The notes beneath the pieces are model-generated. The model was not told the origin of the DNA and searched no databases. It saw only the letters and a list, made by a program, of their open reading frames with translations. 35,111 bases of DNA from Alphaproteobacteria bacterium (GTDB taxonomy: Bacteria > Pseudomonadota > Alphaproteobacteria > SMXP01). The stretch spans positions 1-35,111 of the forward strand of contig JAJFIM010000109.1 of assembly GCA_021774995.1 (NCBI GenBank). The letters are read 5' to 3'. This document shows, in pieces, positions 17,119-26,694 of the stretch (positions within the stretch are counted from its first letter, which is position 1; each line of letters begins with the position of its first letter). The position numbers and the translations under genes are program-made.

Positions 17119-18554
17119 GTGAAGATGCAAAAAATATAATCGTCGATTTATGCGTTATTGGCGCCGGGTCAGCCGGGTTGTCCGTTGCCTCCGGTGTTGT
17201 TCAACTGGGCCTTGATGTGGCTCTGATTGAAAAAAGCAAAATGGGCGGCGATTGCCTGAATACAGGCTGCGTTCCTTCCAAGGCATTGCTGGCGGCGGCT
17301 AAAGCGGCGCAAGTTATGCGCACTTCTGATAAATATGGCATAGCAGAGCAGGAGCCCGATATAGATTTTAACGCTGTTAAGACTCATGTTTCTGATGTCA
17401 TCAAAGTGATTGAGCCGCATGACTCTGTAGAGCGTTTTGAAGGTCTTGGCGTGAAGGTTATCAAGGGCGCTGCCGCGTTTACATCAGCCCACACCGTGCA
17501 GGTTGGTGAGCAGACGATCACGGCACGCTATTTTGTGATCTCCACAGGATCACGGGCTGCAATTCCGCCTATTGAGGGGCTGGACCCTGATAAAATCCTG
17601 ACCAATGAAAATATCTTCGAACTGCGTGAAAAACCGGATCATCTGATTATTGTAGGGGGCGGGCCGATTGGTATTGAAATGGCGCAAGCCCATAAACGGC
17701 TAGGCTGCAAGGTCACCGTTCTGGATATGGGATCCATTCTGCCTCATGATGACCCTGACCTGACGGCGGTCGTTCGTGACTCTCTGGACAATGAAGGCGT
17801 GCGGCTTCTCGAAAATATAAAAATAGAAAAGATCGCTCATGCGGAAAAGGGTGTGCGCGTTTATGTTGAAAAAGATGGTGAGCAGAATGCCATTGACGGC
17901 TCCCACTTGCTCATAGCTGCCGGACGGCAGGTGAATGTTGACGGGCTGGAGCTGGAAAAAGCCGGAATCGTTTATGACAGGCGCGGCATTCAGGTCGATG
18001 CGCGTCTGCGTACGAACCACAAGCATATTTATGCCGCCGGTGATGTGGCGGGAGGCCCTCAGTTCACCCATGTCGCGGGGTATCATGCCGGTATTATCAT
18101 TCGTAATATGATTTTCAAGACTCCGGCAAAAATCGATTACAAAGCGTTGCCCTGGGTTACATATACAGACCCGGAGCTGGCCAATGTCGGAATGACCGAA
18201 AGCAAGGCACGTGAAAAATATGGCGATAGCATCAAAGTGGTGAAGTGGAAATTCAAGGAAAATGACAGAGCCACAGCAGAGCGCCGCACCGACGGCATGA
18301 TTAAGGTTGTGACGCGGAAAAATGGTAAAATCCTGGGGGCTGCGATTGTCGGCCCTCATGCCGGGGAACTGATCGGCGTTTGGGTGCTGGCCATTTCCAA
18401 AGGTCTAAAAATCGGGGCGATAACGGGTATGATTGTGCCCTACCCGACATTTGGGGAAATCAGCAAACGCGCTGCCGGGGCCTTTTATACAGCGTCCTTA
18501 TTCAGCGATCGTACGAGAAAGATTGTGGGCCTGTTGCAGAAGCTTCCGTTTTAG
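17115..18554 (+). CDS. FAD-dependent pyridine nucleotide-disulfide oxidoreductase (MerA/Lpd family)
   Basis: GAGSAG, GGDCLNTGCVPSK, GGGPIG, AAGDV and PYPT motifs; ATGA overlap with the previous gene. Confidence 0.92.
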   Translation: MSEDAKNIIVDLCVIGAGSAGLSVASGVVQLGLDVALIEKSKMGGDCLNTGCVPSKALLAAAKAAQVMRTSDKYGIAEQEPDIDFNAVKTHVSDVIKVIEPHDSVERFEGLGVKVIKGAAAFTSAHTVQVGEQTITARYFVISTGSRAAIPPIEGLDPDKILTNENIFELREKPDHLIIVGGGPIGIEMAQAHKRLGCKVTVLDMGSILPHDDPDLTAVVRDSLDNEGVRLLENIKIEKIAHAEKGVRVYVEKDGEQNAIDGSHLLIAAGRQVNVDGLELEKAGIVYDRRGIQVDARLRTNHKHIYAAGDVAGGPQFTHVAGYHAGIIIRNMIFKTPAKIDYKALPWVTYTDPELANVGMTESKAREKYGDSIKVVKWKFKENDRATAERRTDGMIKVVTRKNGKILGAAIVGPHAGELIGVWVLAISKGLKIGAITGMIVPYPTFGEISKRAAGAFYTASLFSDRTRKIVGLLQKLPF

Positions 18555-18630
18555 GGCCTGTTGCCGGACCATGTTTTCACATAAAACAGTTGCGTAATGC
18601 GATTTTTTATGTTTTCATAATTGTGTTCTT

Positions 18631-19269
18631 ATGGAGATTATGATTTTGAAAGCGCTCGTACAACATATTAAATCAAGGCTTGAAGACTTTGATGAGCAGG
18701 CTTTTGTCCTTGCCGGACGCTCCCCGACATACCTTATGCGGAAAGACGGCTCCCATTTTGAGTATCCATTACTCGGCCATGTCATGCCGGCGTTGGATTT
18801 TGAAGAACGTACAAAACTATCAGGCGTTGCCGGTGGCTATCGTTATTTACCCGGTCTGGAAGCTCATGAAATTGAAAATTATGCGCTGGCTATATGCGCG
18901 CTTGCGCGGTTTGACGTTGATGTTGTGCGTGAATGTAATGAGAGGCTGCCTTTAATATGGACGGCCTTAAAAAAGTTAAATCCAAAACTTGGGGCTGTCC
19001 GTATTGATGAGACGGACCGGGAGGATATTTATGACGCTGTAATTGGCGTTTTAAGCAATTATAATCCACGGGATATAGAGGCTTATATCAATGTCGGGCA
19101 TGGCATAATAAGAGCAAAAGGCGACGCTTATCAGGCCTGTCGCACATGGGTTGAAAATAATGCCGGTGAAATGCAATGGGTTCCCAGCTATCACACATTA
19201 ATTTCAATCAAAAGTCAGATAGAACAAAGAGCTCAAAAGAAGACGGGGCCTTCCTTCCGTCCTGTATAA
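18631..19269 (+). CDS. Hypothetical protein
   Basis: 212-aa ORF; probable start at 18640 after GGAGA; no motif recognised. Confidence 0.65.
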   Translation: MEIMILKALVQHIKSRLEDFDEQAFVLAGRSPTYLMRKDGSHFEYPLLGHVMPALDFEERTKLSGVAGGYRYLPGLEAHEIENYALAICALARFDVDVVRECNERLPLIWTALKKLNPKLGAVRIDETDREDIYDAVIGVLSNYNPRDIEAYINVGHGIIRAKGDAYQACRTWVENNAGEMQWVPSYHTLISIKSQIEQRAQKKTGPSFRPV

Positions 19270-19463
19270 ATGTTACGCAGGATGCTATGCGCCGGGGAGA
19301 AGATATCTATAAAGAACAGAACCTTTCTGCCCCGGATTTATCACGACAAGACTTGCTTGGCGCTATGGAAAAATATCCCGTTTTGATCGAGCGGCCCATC
19401 GTCGTAACAGAAAAAGGAACACGCATTTGCCGGCCTCCGGAATGTGTGCGGGAGATTTTGTAA
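19270..19463 (+). pseudogene. arsC: C-terminal fragment of an ArsC (glutaredoxin-type) family reductase
   Basis: MRRGEDIYKE...YPVLIERPIVV...RICRPPECVREIL; the N-terminal catalytic Cys motif is missing. Confidence 0.8.
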
Positions 19464-19512
19464 ATCATTGGCGTTGATTTTTGTGGCGGATCGTTGTAAA
19501 TACCCCTTCATT

Positions 19513-19602
19513 GGAGATGTGGCCGAGTGGCTTAAGGCGCACGCTTGGAAAGCGTGTTAGGGTTCACGCCCTACGTGGGTTCGAATCCCACCGTCTCCGC
19601 CA
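19513..19602 (+). tRNA. tRNA-Ser (GGA)
   Basis: 90 nt; anticodon arm CACGC-TTGGAAA-GCGTG, long variable arm, GGTTCGAATCC, CCA end. Confidence 0.97.
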
Positions 19603-19681
19603 TTAACCCAATAGCGTAAAGTCTCTCCCCTTTGCGGCACCGCTCGCTAAACCGCAGGGATACTAAGGCTTTGCGCTTTAT

Positions 19682-19792
19682 TTGCGCCCCCCTAAAATGA
19701 CAATGGCTATCGCGTTAAAACCCTTAAAAGTCTCTATATACCCCCTTATCTCTACACTTGCGCCCCCCTTACAAAATTTTAGGGGGGCGCAA
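19682..19792. repeat. TTGCGCCCCCCT direct/inverted repeat set
   Basis: Direct copies at 19682 and 19758; inverted copy 19776-19792 is a perfect 17-bp complement of 19682-19698. Confidence 0.85.
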
Positions 19793-19882
19793 CTTTCCCA
19801 GCATTTCTACGGCTTTGCGGGGAGGTCAATTTTTGTATTCTAAACGAACTATTGCCTATCGGTTGAAACGGTTTAAATTCAT

Positions 19883-19914
19883 TTGACTCTGGAGTATGGT
19901 CTAGAGTTTAGACT
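19883..19914 (+). promoter_or_regulatory. MerR-type promoter with ZntR-like operator
   Basis: TTGACT, 20-bp spacer, TAGACT; dyad ACTCTGGAGTATGGTCTAGAGT (19886-19907) resembles the E. coli zntA operator ACTCTGGAGTCGACTCCAGAGT. Confidence 0.85.
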
Positions 19915-19934
19915 GTAATTATAGGAGATAAATT

Positions 19935-20336
19935 ATGCTCATCGGTGAATTGGCAGAAAAGACAGGCGTAAGCATTGATACCATTCGTTATTACGAACGG
20001 GAGGGACTTATAGAGCCTGTCTCTGTGCGCGACTCCGGCTATCGTGAGTTTGATAAAAAATCGGTTAAAACCATGATTTTTGTTGTTCGTGCAAAAGATT
20101 TGGGGTTCTCACTCAAGGAAATTCAGAATCTTTTAATTTTAAAAAATACCCCTGACACTACATGTTCCAACATACAGAGCTTGGCAAAACAAAAATTGGA
20201 GGATGTTACAAGCAAAATCAAAGAGCTTCGCAGAATTGAAACTGAGCTTAAAACACTGGTGAAAGAATGCACAGGCGGAAATGCCGGACTGGAAGCCTGT
20301 CCGATTGTAAGCACGCTGGAAAAGGAAGACGATTAA
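19935..20336 (+). CDS. MerR-family heavy-metal-responsive regulator (ZntR/CadR-like)
   Basis: IGELAEKTGVSIDTIRYYEREGLI, AKDLGFSLKEI; three Cys (TC, EC, CPI), the divalent-metal pattern. Confidence 0.92.
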   Translation: MLIGELAEKTGVSIDTIRYYEREGLIEPVSVRDSGYREFDKKSVKTMIFVVRAKDLGFSLKEIQNLLILKNTPDTTCSNIQSLAKQKLEDVTSKIKELRRIETELKTLVKECTGGNAGLEACPIVSTLEKEDD

Positions 20337-20392
20337 ATGAGAAAGCTTTTTGGTGCTTTCTCGTTCTACTCATATCAATGACCCTCCTTTGG

Positions 20393-21037
20393 TCATAAAA
20401 AGTAGCTTAACACCCTGTCCAACGAAGTAGGACCACCTCTTCCCTGTCCAAGGGTTTTCTTTAAACGTTCTATTCTACAGAGTGGCTTGCTATATTCCAA
20501 AAGGGGACAAACACCTAAGCTCATATATGCAGAAAATGTTTTAGCATTGCTTTGTAATAGCCCTGTATAAGCAAGACTTGCACCTGACATGCGCCCGATA
20601 AGAATAACCGGCATTGGAGAGGATAATGCTTCACTCTGTTTAACAGACGTAATCAAGTTTTGTAGAGGCATCCCTACATTCGTGCATTCACCCTCTTGAG
20701 CATTTAATTGCTTTAGAAATTCATGATTATTAATCCATATAACCATATTACCTTGCCAGGACAGGGGGATAATTACCGGAGCTAAATTTATTCTCCAGCT
20801 ATCTTCTTCTGCTAAAATTAAAATAAGGCGTTTAATTGCACCATCAGGCTTATAGCTCTGTATGTGTTGAATAAAGCCGTAATCAAGTGCCTCACTCTCG
20901 TCCGTCTTTGTTGTTTCTGTATCAACAGGCAATTCTTTTTCCGAGTGCGACACCTCCCCAACAATCCAGAAGATAAAAACTGCTAGAGTTACAAAAATAA
21001 AGAAATTTCTTAGCTTAAGAGATGTTTTATGCTTCAT
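20393..21037 (-). pseudogene. N-terminal half of an AcvB/VirJ-like hydrolase, probably truncated
   Basis: N-terminal TM; PVILIGRMSGASLAY...SLGVCPLL..SKPLC resembles the first alpha/beta-hydrolase domain of AcvB; no VirJ domain follows. Confidence 0.6.
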
Positions 21038-21040
21038 ATT

Positions 21041-22447
21041 CTATCCTTCTTTCTCCAGACTGGAACTGCTTTCATAACGCTTGTCCTTGCCGACAATCCA
21101 GAGCCATGTATATCCGGCGATACCGGAAATAAGCGAAGCTGCCAGTATGCCTGTCTTCGCTATTTTTAATAGATTTTCATCGCCATCGAATGCAAGCTGA
21201 GCAATAAAAATTGACATGGTAAACCCAATACCGGCCAGAAGGGCCGCCCCAACAATTTGGGAAAAGCTTGTGTTGCTCGGTAATTGCGCCAGTTTTAACT
21301 TCAGCGCAATCCAGCAAGTGCCCGTAATTCCTAAAAATTTACCCAGTACCAGGCCAAATGTCACCCCCAGCATGACAGAGCTGTCAGCCATATCGCCAAA
21401 ACTTTTCAGGCTCAAGACAACGCCTGCGTTAAACAAAGCAAAAACGGGAATGACAAAAAATGCTACGGGCATATGCCAGATATGTTCCAGCCGTTGCAAC
21501 GGGGTCATAACACTTTGAATCAGTTCTTCCATCGTTTGCACGAGAGACTTCATTGTCATGTTTGTCATCATGTGATGATCAATATCATAGCTTGTATCAA
21601 ATTTAGACATCAGGTCATCGCTCTGCTCCCTAAAGTATTTGGGATCATATTTGGGCCGGGCAGGCACGGTAAAAGCACCAATTATACCGGCCAATGTCGG
21701 ATGAACACCGGAATATAGCATGGCAAACCACAGCAACACAGCAACAAGGAAGTAAGGAATTGGCCATCTAATACCTATAAAATTAAATATGATAAGAATG
21801 GCAGTAAAACCCGCTGCCCACATCAATGCTTCAATGACGACGGTATCAGTATAGAACATGGCAATAATGACAACCGCCCCCAGATCATCGGCAATAGCTA
21901 ATGCGACAAGAAAGGCCATTAATGAGCGCGGAACACGGTTACCAAGCAAAACCATTATACCCACGGCAAACGCAATATCAGTGGCCATCGGTATGGCCCA
22001 GCCATTTGCCGCATTACCTGCAGGATTAAAGAAGTAATAGATGAGAGCAGGCACAGCCATGCCACCAATAGCAGCAATAATCGGCAAGGCTGCTTTACGG
22101 GGACTGGCCAGTTCGCCAACAAGAATTTCCCGTTTAAGCTCTAACCCTACAACAAAGAAAAAAAGCGCCATCAGGCCATCATTGACCCAGTGGTGGAGTG
22201 TTTTTTCTAAATATAGAGAACCGAGAGAAAACCCAAGTTTCATATGGGTAATATCGTAATACAGCGTCTGCAAGGCACTGTTAGCGAGAATCAACGCAAG
22301 GATTGTTGTGGCAATAAGCAACAGAGAGCTTGTCGTCTCTCTGTGAACAAAACGTTCAAAGGGCGTTATAATACGGTCAGCGGATTTTTCCCACGGCGCA
22401 TAATAAATACCTGTTTCCAGTTCTGATCTTCGCCATCTTTTTTCCAT
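21041..22447 (-). CDS. nhaA: Na+/H+ antiporter NhaA
   Basis: WVNDGLMALFFFVVGLELKRE, GWAIPMATDIAF, LAIADDLGA, LAGIGFTMSIFIA. Confidence 0.96.
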   Translation of the reverse strand: MEKRWRRSELETGIYYAPWEKSADRIITPFERFVHRETTSSLLLIATTILALILANSALQTLYYDITHMKLGFSLGSLYLEKTLHHWVNDGLMALFFFVVGLELKREILVGELASPRKAALPIIAAIGGMAVPALIYYFFNPAGNAANGWAIPMATDIAFAVGIMVLLGNRVPRSLMAFLVALAIADDLGAVVIIAMFYTDTVVIEALMWAAGFTAILIIFNFIGIRWPIPYFLVAVLLWFAMLYSGVHPTLAGIIGAFTVPARPKYDPKYFREQSDDLMSKFDTSYDIDHHMMTNMTMKSLVQTMEELIQSVMTPLQRLEHIWHMPVAFFVIPVFALFNAGVVLSLKSFGDMADSSVMLGVTFGLVLGKFLGITGTCWIALKLKLAQLPSNTSFSQIVGAALLAGIGFTMSIFIAQLAFDGDENLLKIAKTGILAASLISGIAGYTWLWIVGKDKRYESSSSLEKEG

Positions 22448-22474
22448 ATATTCGAATGTCCTTTTATATTAAGC

Positions 22475-23506
22475 TCAGTCCATAAAACGGTTATTCTCTT
22501 CAGTATCCAGAGCTTCTTCAAATATATCGACATGTTCTTCAACGGCGTTGGCATCTTCAAATGTAGCCACATGAAAAACGGCATCGCCGCTATTTAACAA
22601 AGGCAGGGTTGCCGCGCCTATGATGATCCCGGTTCTACGGGCGGTAATTTCAAATTTCTCTCTGCCAAATGGATCAGAAATGATGCCCATCGTCTGGCCT
22701 TTTTTCACGCGCGCGCCCAGTTTTGTCTTAACCGATAGTATGCCGCTATGTGGAGCGCGTATCCAGTGGCTGGAGCGGGCGATAAAAGCCTCATGCTGAA
22801 TGGGTTTCTTTTTTAAAGGATTTAGCATTCCAATTTCACGCATGACAGACAAGACACCATTAAGACCGCTTTTAATAACTCTTCCGTTAAAACGCAGAGC
22901 CTCCCCCCCTTCGAATAGCAGAGTCGGGATATTGCGCTCGCGTGTTGATTCCCGTAACGATCCATCCCTTAATGTTGAGTGCAACAGTACAGGAACATTA
23001 AAGGCGTTTGCCATTCTTTGCGTTTCTGGGTCGTCAAGGCAGGCACGTATTTGTGGCAGATTTATACGGTTGATGGCCGCACAATGCAAATCAATACCAT
23101 GGGTACATTTTTCGACAATTTCAGTCATAAATACGTGAGCTAAATGCGCTGTTAGTGAACCATTTTCTGATCCGGGAAAATTGCGATTTAAGTCGCGACG
23201 GTCGGGCAAATAGCGCGATTTGCTGTTAAACCCGAACACATTGACGATCGGTACGGCAATCAATGTGCCCTTAATGCTGTTCAGGGATTTTTTGCATAGA
23301 AGTTGCCGGATAATTTCCACGCCGTTGATTTCATCGCCGTGCACAGCCGCGCTCACAAACAGGGTTGGTCCATCGGTTTTGCCGCGTACAACTTCCACAG
23401 GAATAGTCATGTCTGTAAAATCATACAGCTTTGCAATATCAAGCAGGACACGTTTCCGTTCTCCTGGGCCCACATGCTGGCCCGCTATAATAAATTCCTC
23501 TGCCAT
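22475..23506 (-). CDS. Succinylglutamate desuccinylase/aspartoacylase (M14-like) peptidase, RimK-associated type
   Basis: AAVHGDEING, RRDLNRNFPG, GIDLH, FEGGEALRF; C-terminal barrel-sandwich domain. Confidence 0.92.
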   Translation of the reverse strand: MAEEFIIAGQHVGPGERKRVLLDIAKLYDFTDMTIPVEVVRGKTDGPTLFVSAAVHGDEINGVEIIRQLLCKKSLNSIKGTLIAVPIVNVFGFNSKSRYLPDRRDLNRNFPGSENGSLTAHLAHVFMTEIVEKCTHGIDLHCAAINRINLPQIRACLDDPETQRMANAFNVPVLLHSTLRDGSLRESTRERNIPTLLFEGGEALRFNGRVIKSGLNGVLSVMREIGMLNPLKKKPIQHEAFIARSSHWIRAPHSGILSVKTKLGARVKKGQTMGIISDPFGREKFEITARRTGIIIGAATLPLLNSGDAVFHVATFEDANAVEEHVDIFEEALDTEENNRFMD

Positions 23507-23509
23507 GTC

Positions 23510-24412
23510 TTATCCTTTATTTGCCCTACTTTTTTTGTCTGACAGTGCATATTTTTCTACATACTCAATCATCAGCCCGGCGATGTCTTTGCCTGAAGTT
23601 CTTTCTATTCCTTCAAGGCCGGGGGATGAGTTCACCTCCAGTATCAGGGGACCACGATCAGAGCGCACAATATCAACACCGGCGACATCAAGCCCCATTG
23701 CTTTGGCACCGGCCACTGCCAGTTTTCTTTCTGCAGGGGTAATCTTTATTTTCTCAGCAGAGCCGCCAGCATGCAGGTTGGAACGGAAATCACCGTCCTG
23801 TGCCTTGCGCATCATAGCGGCAATGACCTTATCGCCAATGACAAAGCACCTTATATCCGATCCGGCGGATTCTTTTATAAATTCCTGTACCAGAAAATGG
23901 GCTTCCAGACCGCGAAAAGCCTCAATAACACTCTCTGCTGCTTTTTTAGTTTCTGCCAGTATAACGCCTTTGCCCTGCGCCCCCTCCAAAAGCTTAATAA
24001 CCAAGGGTGCACCGCCCATCATAGTAATTAAATCATCTGTATTTTTTGTGGAATGGGCATATCCTGTAAGAGGCATACCTAATTTTTTTCGCGAGAGTAT
24101 CTGATGCGCCCGCAACTTGTCCCGCGCCCTTGTAACAGCCAGAGAGCCGTTAAGAGCATAAACACCGCCCATTTCAAACTGCCGCAAAGACGCCGTGCCA
24201 TAAAAGGTCACAGACGCGCCGATCCGGGAAACCACCGCATCAAAATCAAGAACTTCTTCATTGTAATGAACCTCCGGTTTGGTCGAGTTGATATTCATAA
24301 AGCATTTCAAAACATCAACAACCCTCACTTCATGCCCACGCTCTTCAGCAGCTTCAACCAGCCGTTTGGTTGAATAAAGTTCCGGTCCACGTGAGAGAAT
24401 TCCTATTTTCAT
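23510..24412 (-). CDS. rimK: RimK alpha-L-glutamate ligase (ATP-grasp)
   Basis: MKIGILSR...[48 protein letters not shown]; 300 aa from ATG 24412. Confidence 0.95.
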   Translation of the reverse strand: MKIGILSRGPELYSTKRLVEAAEERGHEVRVVDVLKCFMNINSTKPEVHYNEEVLDFDAVVSRIGASVTFYGTASLRQFEMGGVYALNGSLAVTRARDKLRAHQILSRKKLGMPLTGYAHSTKNTDDLITMMGGAPLVIKLLEGAQGKGVILAETKKAAESVIEAFRGLEAHFLVQEFIKESAGSDIRCFVIGDKVIAAMMRKAQDGDFRSNLHAGGSAEKIKITPAERKLAVAGAKAMGLDVAGVDIVRSDRGPLILEVNSSPGLEGIERTSGKDIAGLMIEYVEKYALSDKKSRANKG

Positions 24413-24413
24413 G

Positions 24414-25505
24414 TTAGTTCTTTCTCCCAATCCAGCCCTTGCGCCAAAAATAAATTAAGAGTCCGGCAGCAAATAGAGCCATTAGTCCCAATGCAAACGG
24501 ATAGCCAAAATACCAGCGCAGTTCGGGCATGTTAAGAGGCGAGACATCCGGGTCGAAATTCATGCCGTACAGCCCGGCTATAAAGCCCAGAGGCATAAAG
24601 ATCGTGGCGATGATGGTCAGAACTTTCATAACTTCATTCATTTTGTTGGACAGGCTGGACAAATAAAGGTCTGTAAGGCCCGCCGCCCGTTCGCGGTATG
24701 TCTCTAAAATATCGATAATCTGGATCACATGGTCATAGCAATCACGTAAAAATAGCTTCGTTTCGTCATGGATTAAAGGCATATCACCGGACAGGCGGCT
24801 TAGTGCCTCACGCAACGGCCAGATGCCATGACGAAGCACCTGCAAATCACGCTTTATCTCATGCGTTTGTTCCACGACTTGTTTGTCCGGATTGCCGACA
24901 ACCACGTCTTCCAGTGCATTAAGCCGTTCGCTGAAATGTTCAAGAACCGGGAAATAACCGTCCACAATCGCGTCAAGCAGGGCGTAAGCCAGATAATCAG
25001 CCTCCATAAAACGAATGCGCTGTCCGCCCTTGCGGATACGCTCGCGCACAGGTTCGAGGCAATCGCCGGGACGCTCCTGAAAGGAAACTACAAAATTCTT
25101 GCCCAGGAAAAAGCTGACCTGTTCTATGTCCAGCACATCGTTCCGCAGACAGGCCATGCGGGTAATGATAAAAATTTCCTTGTCGTACTCTTCAACTTTT
25201 GGCCTGTGATGCACATTCAAAACATCTTCCAGTGCCAGCGTATGAAGCCCGAAGATTTCCCCCAGTTTTTTCAGCAAATCTGCATCACCAAGACCGTCCA
25301 CATTGACCCATACAATTGTTCCCTTTTTCAGGAACGGCTTTATTTCTTCAGGATTTTCAATCACTTTTTCTGTCAGTTCATCCCGGTTAAACGCCATAAC
25401 CGTTACAACAGGCTCTGGAGCCTGTTCGGGCACAATCAGCGTTCCCGGTGCCGTGCCGGGCAGCTTCAGATGTGATTTTGGTAATAATCTATGTCGTTTT
25501 AGCAT
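24414..25505 (-). CDS. corA: Magnesium/cobalt transporter CorA
   Basis: [14 protein letters not shown]...[24 protein letters not shown]. Confidence 0.96.
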   Translation of the reverse strand: MLKRHRLLPKSHLKLPGTAPGTLIVPEQAPEPVVTVMAFNRDELTEKVIENPEEIKPFLKKGTIVWVNVDGLGDADLLKKLGEIFGLHTLALEDVLNVHHRPKVEEYDKEIFIITRMACLRNDVLDIEQVSFFLGKNFVVSFQERPGDCLEPVRERIRKGGQRIRFMEADYLAYALLDAIVDGYFPVLEHFSERLNALEDVVVGNPDKQVVEQTHEIKRDLQVLRHGIWPLREALSRLSGDMPLIHDETKLFLRDCYDHVIQIIDILETYRERAAGLTDLYLSSLSNKMNEVMKVLTIIATIFMPLGFIAGLYGMNFDPDVSPLNMPELRWYFGYPFALGLMALFAAGLLIYFWRKGWIGRKN

Positions 25506-26691
25506 GAACCCTCCTTTTTCCCGTTCTGCGGGTGCGCCGCCTTCGCAACAAATTCATCCGTCTTATACCATAAAGCCAGAGCGGTGTTATCACTAACGAT
25601 AAAGCAATAATGGAAACAACGTATTTGTAACCATCCGGCATGATGGCTCCGGTGGTAAGGCCGAGCGCAGCCAGTACAAAGGAGAACTCTCCGATCTGGC
25701 CCAATGCTGCCCCAATCACAATCGAATTGCGGCGTGATAAGCCAAGCCATTTCAAAATAGTGATATTAACCACTGTTTTAAGTGTCATGGCTATTCCCAG
25801 CAATGCCAGAACGCGCCAGAGTTTTTCGACCAGAAAATCAAGATCAATCAAAAGCCCGATGGACAGGAAGAACACCATCATTAACACTTCAAATATCGGC
25901 TTAATATTATCTTCATAGGCTGAACGTTTTGCGGTATTCCCAATCACAAGCCCTGCCAGGAATGCCCCGTACGCTGCCGATAGGCCAAAAAAACCTGCCA
26001 AAGCTGCCGCCGAAAAACACATAGCCAGAGCCGTCACGGCCGTCTGGCTTTCCAGTGGTATCATGCCTACCATCCTCGCAAACCAGTGTGGCTTGCGATT
26101 TAAAATAATTATCAACCCCGACATAAAACCAATAGCCAGAACGATCCTAGGAATTTCCATGACGTCAAAACCATGACCACCCATTGCACCAACAATCAGC
26201 AACATCGGAATAACGGCAATATCCTGCGCGATCAGGATACCAACAGCGGCACGCCCCAACGTGGTATTCAGTTCCCCTATATCCTGCAACAGCTTAATAG
26301 CCACTGCCGTACTGCTCAGCGATACCGAAAAACCGAGTAACAAGATACGAGCCAATGGCCAGTCAAACAGGGAGCCAAGGGCAAACATTGCTCCCACGCC
26401 AATGATAATCTGTGATAGCGTAAGAATAATCGCCGCCCTGTAAACAGGCGCGAATTTCTTTAGATCAAGCTCTAACCCGACAACAAACAGGAGTAAGAGA
26501 ATGCCAAGCCCGGCCAGCGTCTTGATTTGCTCTTCGTCATGAACCACTCCAAGAACAGACGGCCCCAGCACAAACCCGACCAAGATATAACCGACCAGTA
26601 CAGGCTGATGCAGGCGCTGTAATAACGCCCCGCCTGCAAAGGCAGAAGCCAATAATAACGCCAGTTGGGTTAAAGTGCTGTGATCTTCCAT
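25489..26691 (-). CDS. CPA2 cation:proton antiporter (Kef-like, no KTN/RCK domain)
   Basis: LLFVVGLEL, SLSSTAV, GILIAQD, FFLSIG, QIGEFSFVL. Confidence 0.92.
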   Translation of the reverse strand: MEDHSTLTQLALLLASAFAGGALLQRLHQPVLVGYILVGFVLGPSVLGVVHDEEQIKTLAGLGILLLLFVVGLELDLKKFAPVYRAAIILTLSQIIIGVGAMFALGSLFDWPLARILLLGFSVSLSSTAVAIKLLQDIGELNTTLGRAAVGILIAQDIAVIPMLLIVGAMGGHGFDVMEIPRIVLAIGFMSGLIIILNRKPHWFARMVGMIPLESQTAVTALAMCFSAAALAGFFGLSAAYGAFLAGLVIGNTAKRSAYEDNIKPIFEVLMMVFFLSIGLLIDLDFLVEKLWRVLALLGIAMTLKTVVNITILKWLGLSRRNSIVIGAALGQIGEFSFVLAALGLTTGAIMPDGYKYVVSIIALSLVITPLWLYGIRRMNLLRRRRTRRTGKRRVHAKTT

Positions 26692-26694
26692 CTT

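Noticed and set aside
17115-18554. Mercuric reductase merA (a MerR gene is nearby)
   Set aside because: No C-terminal Cys-Cys or NmerA domain, no merT/merP, and the MerR-family gene lies beyond the tRNA with a ZntR-like operator.
24828-25475. Long antisense ORFs such as 24828-25475, 23220-24104 and 17700-18359
   Set aside because: They fully overlap well-supported genes on the other strand and show no motifs.
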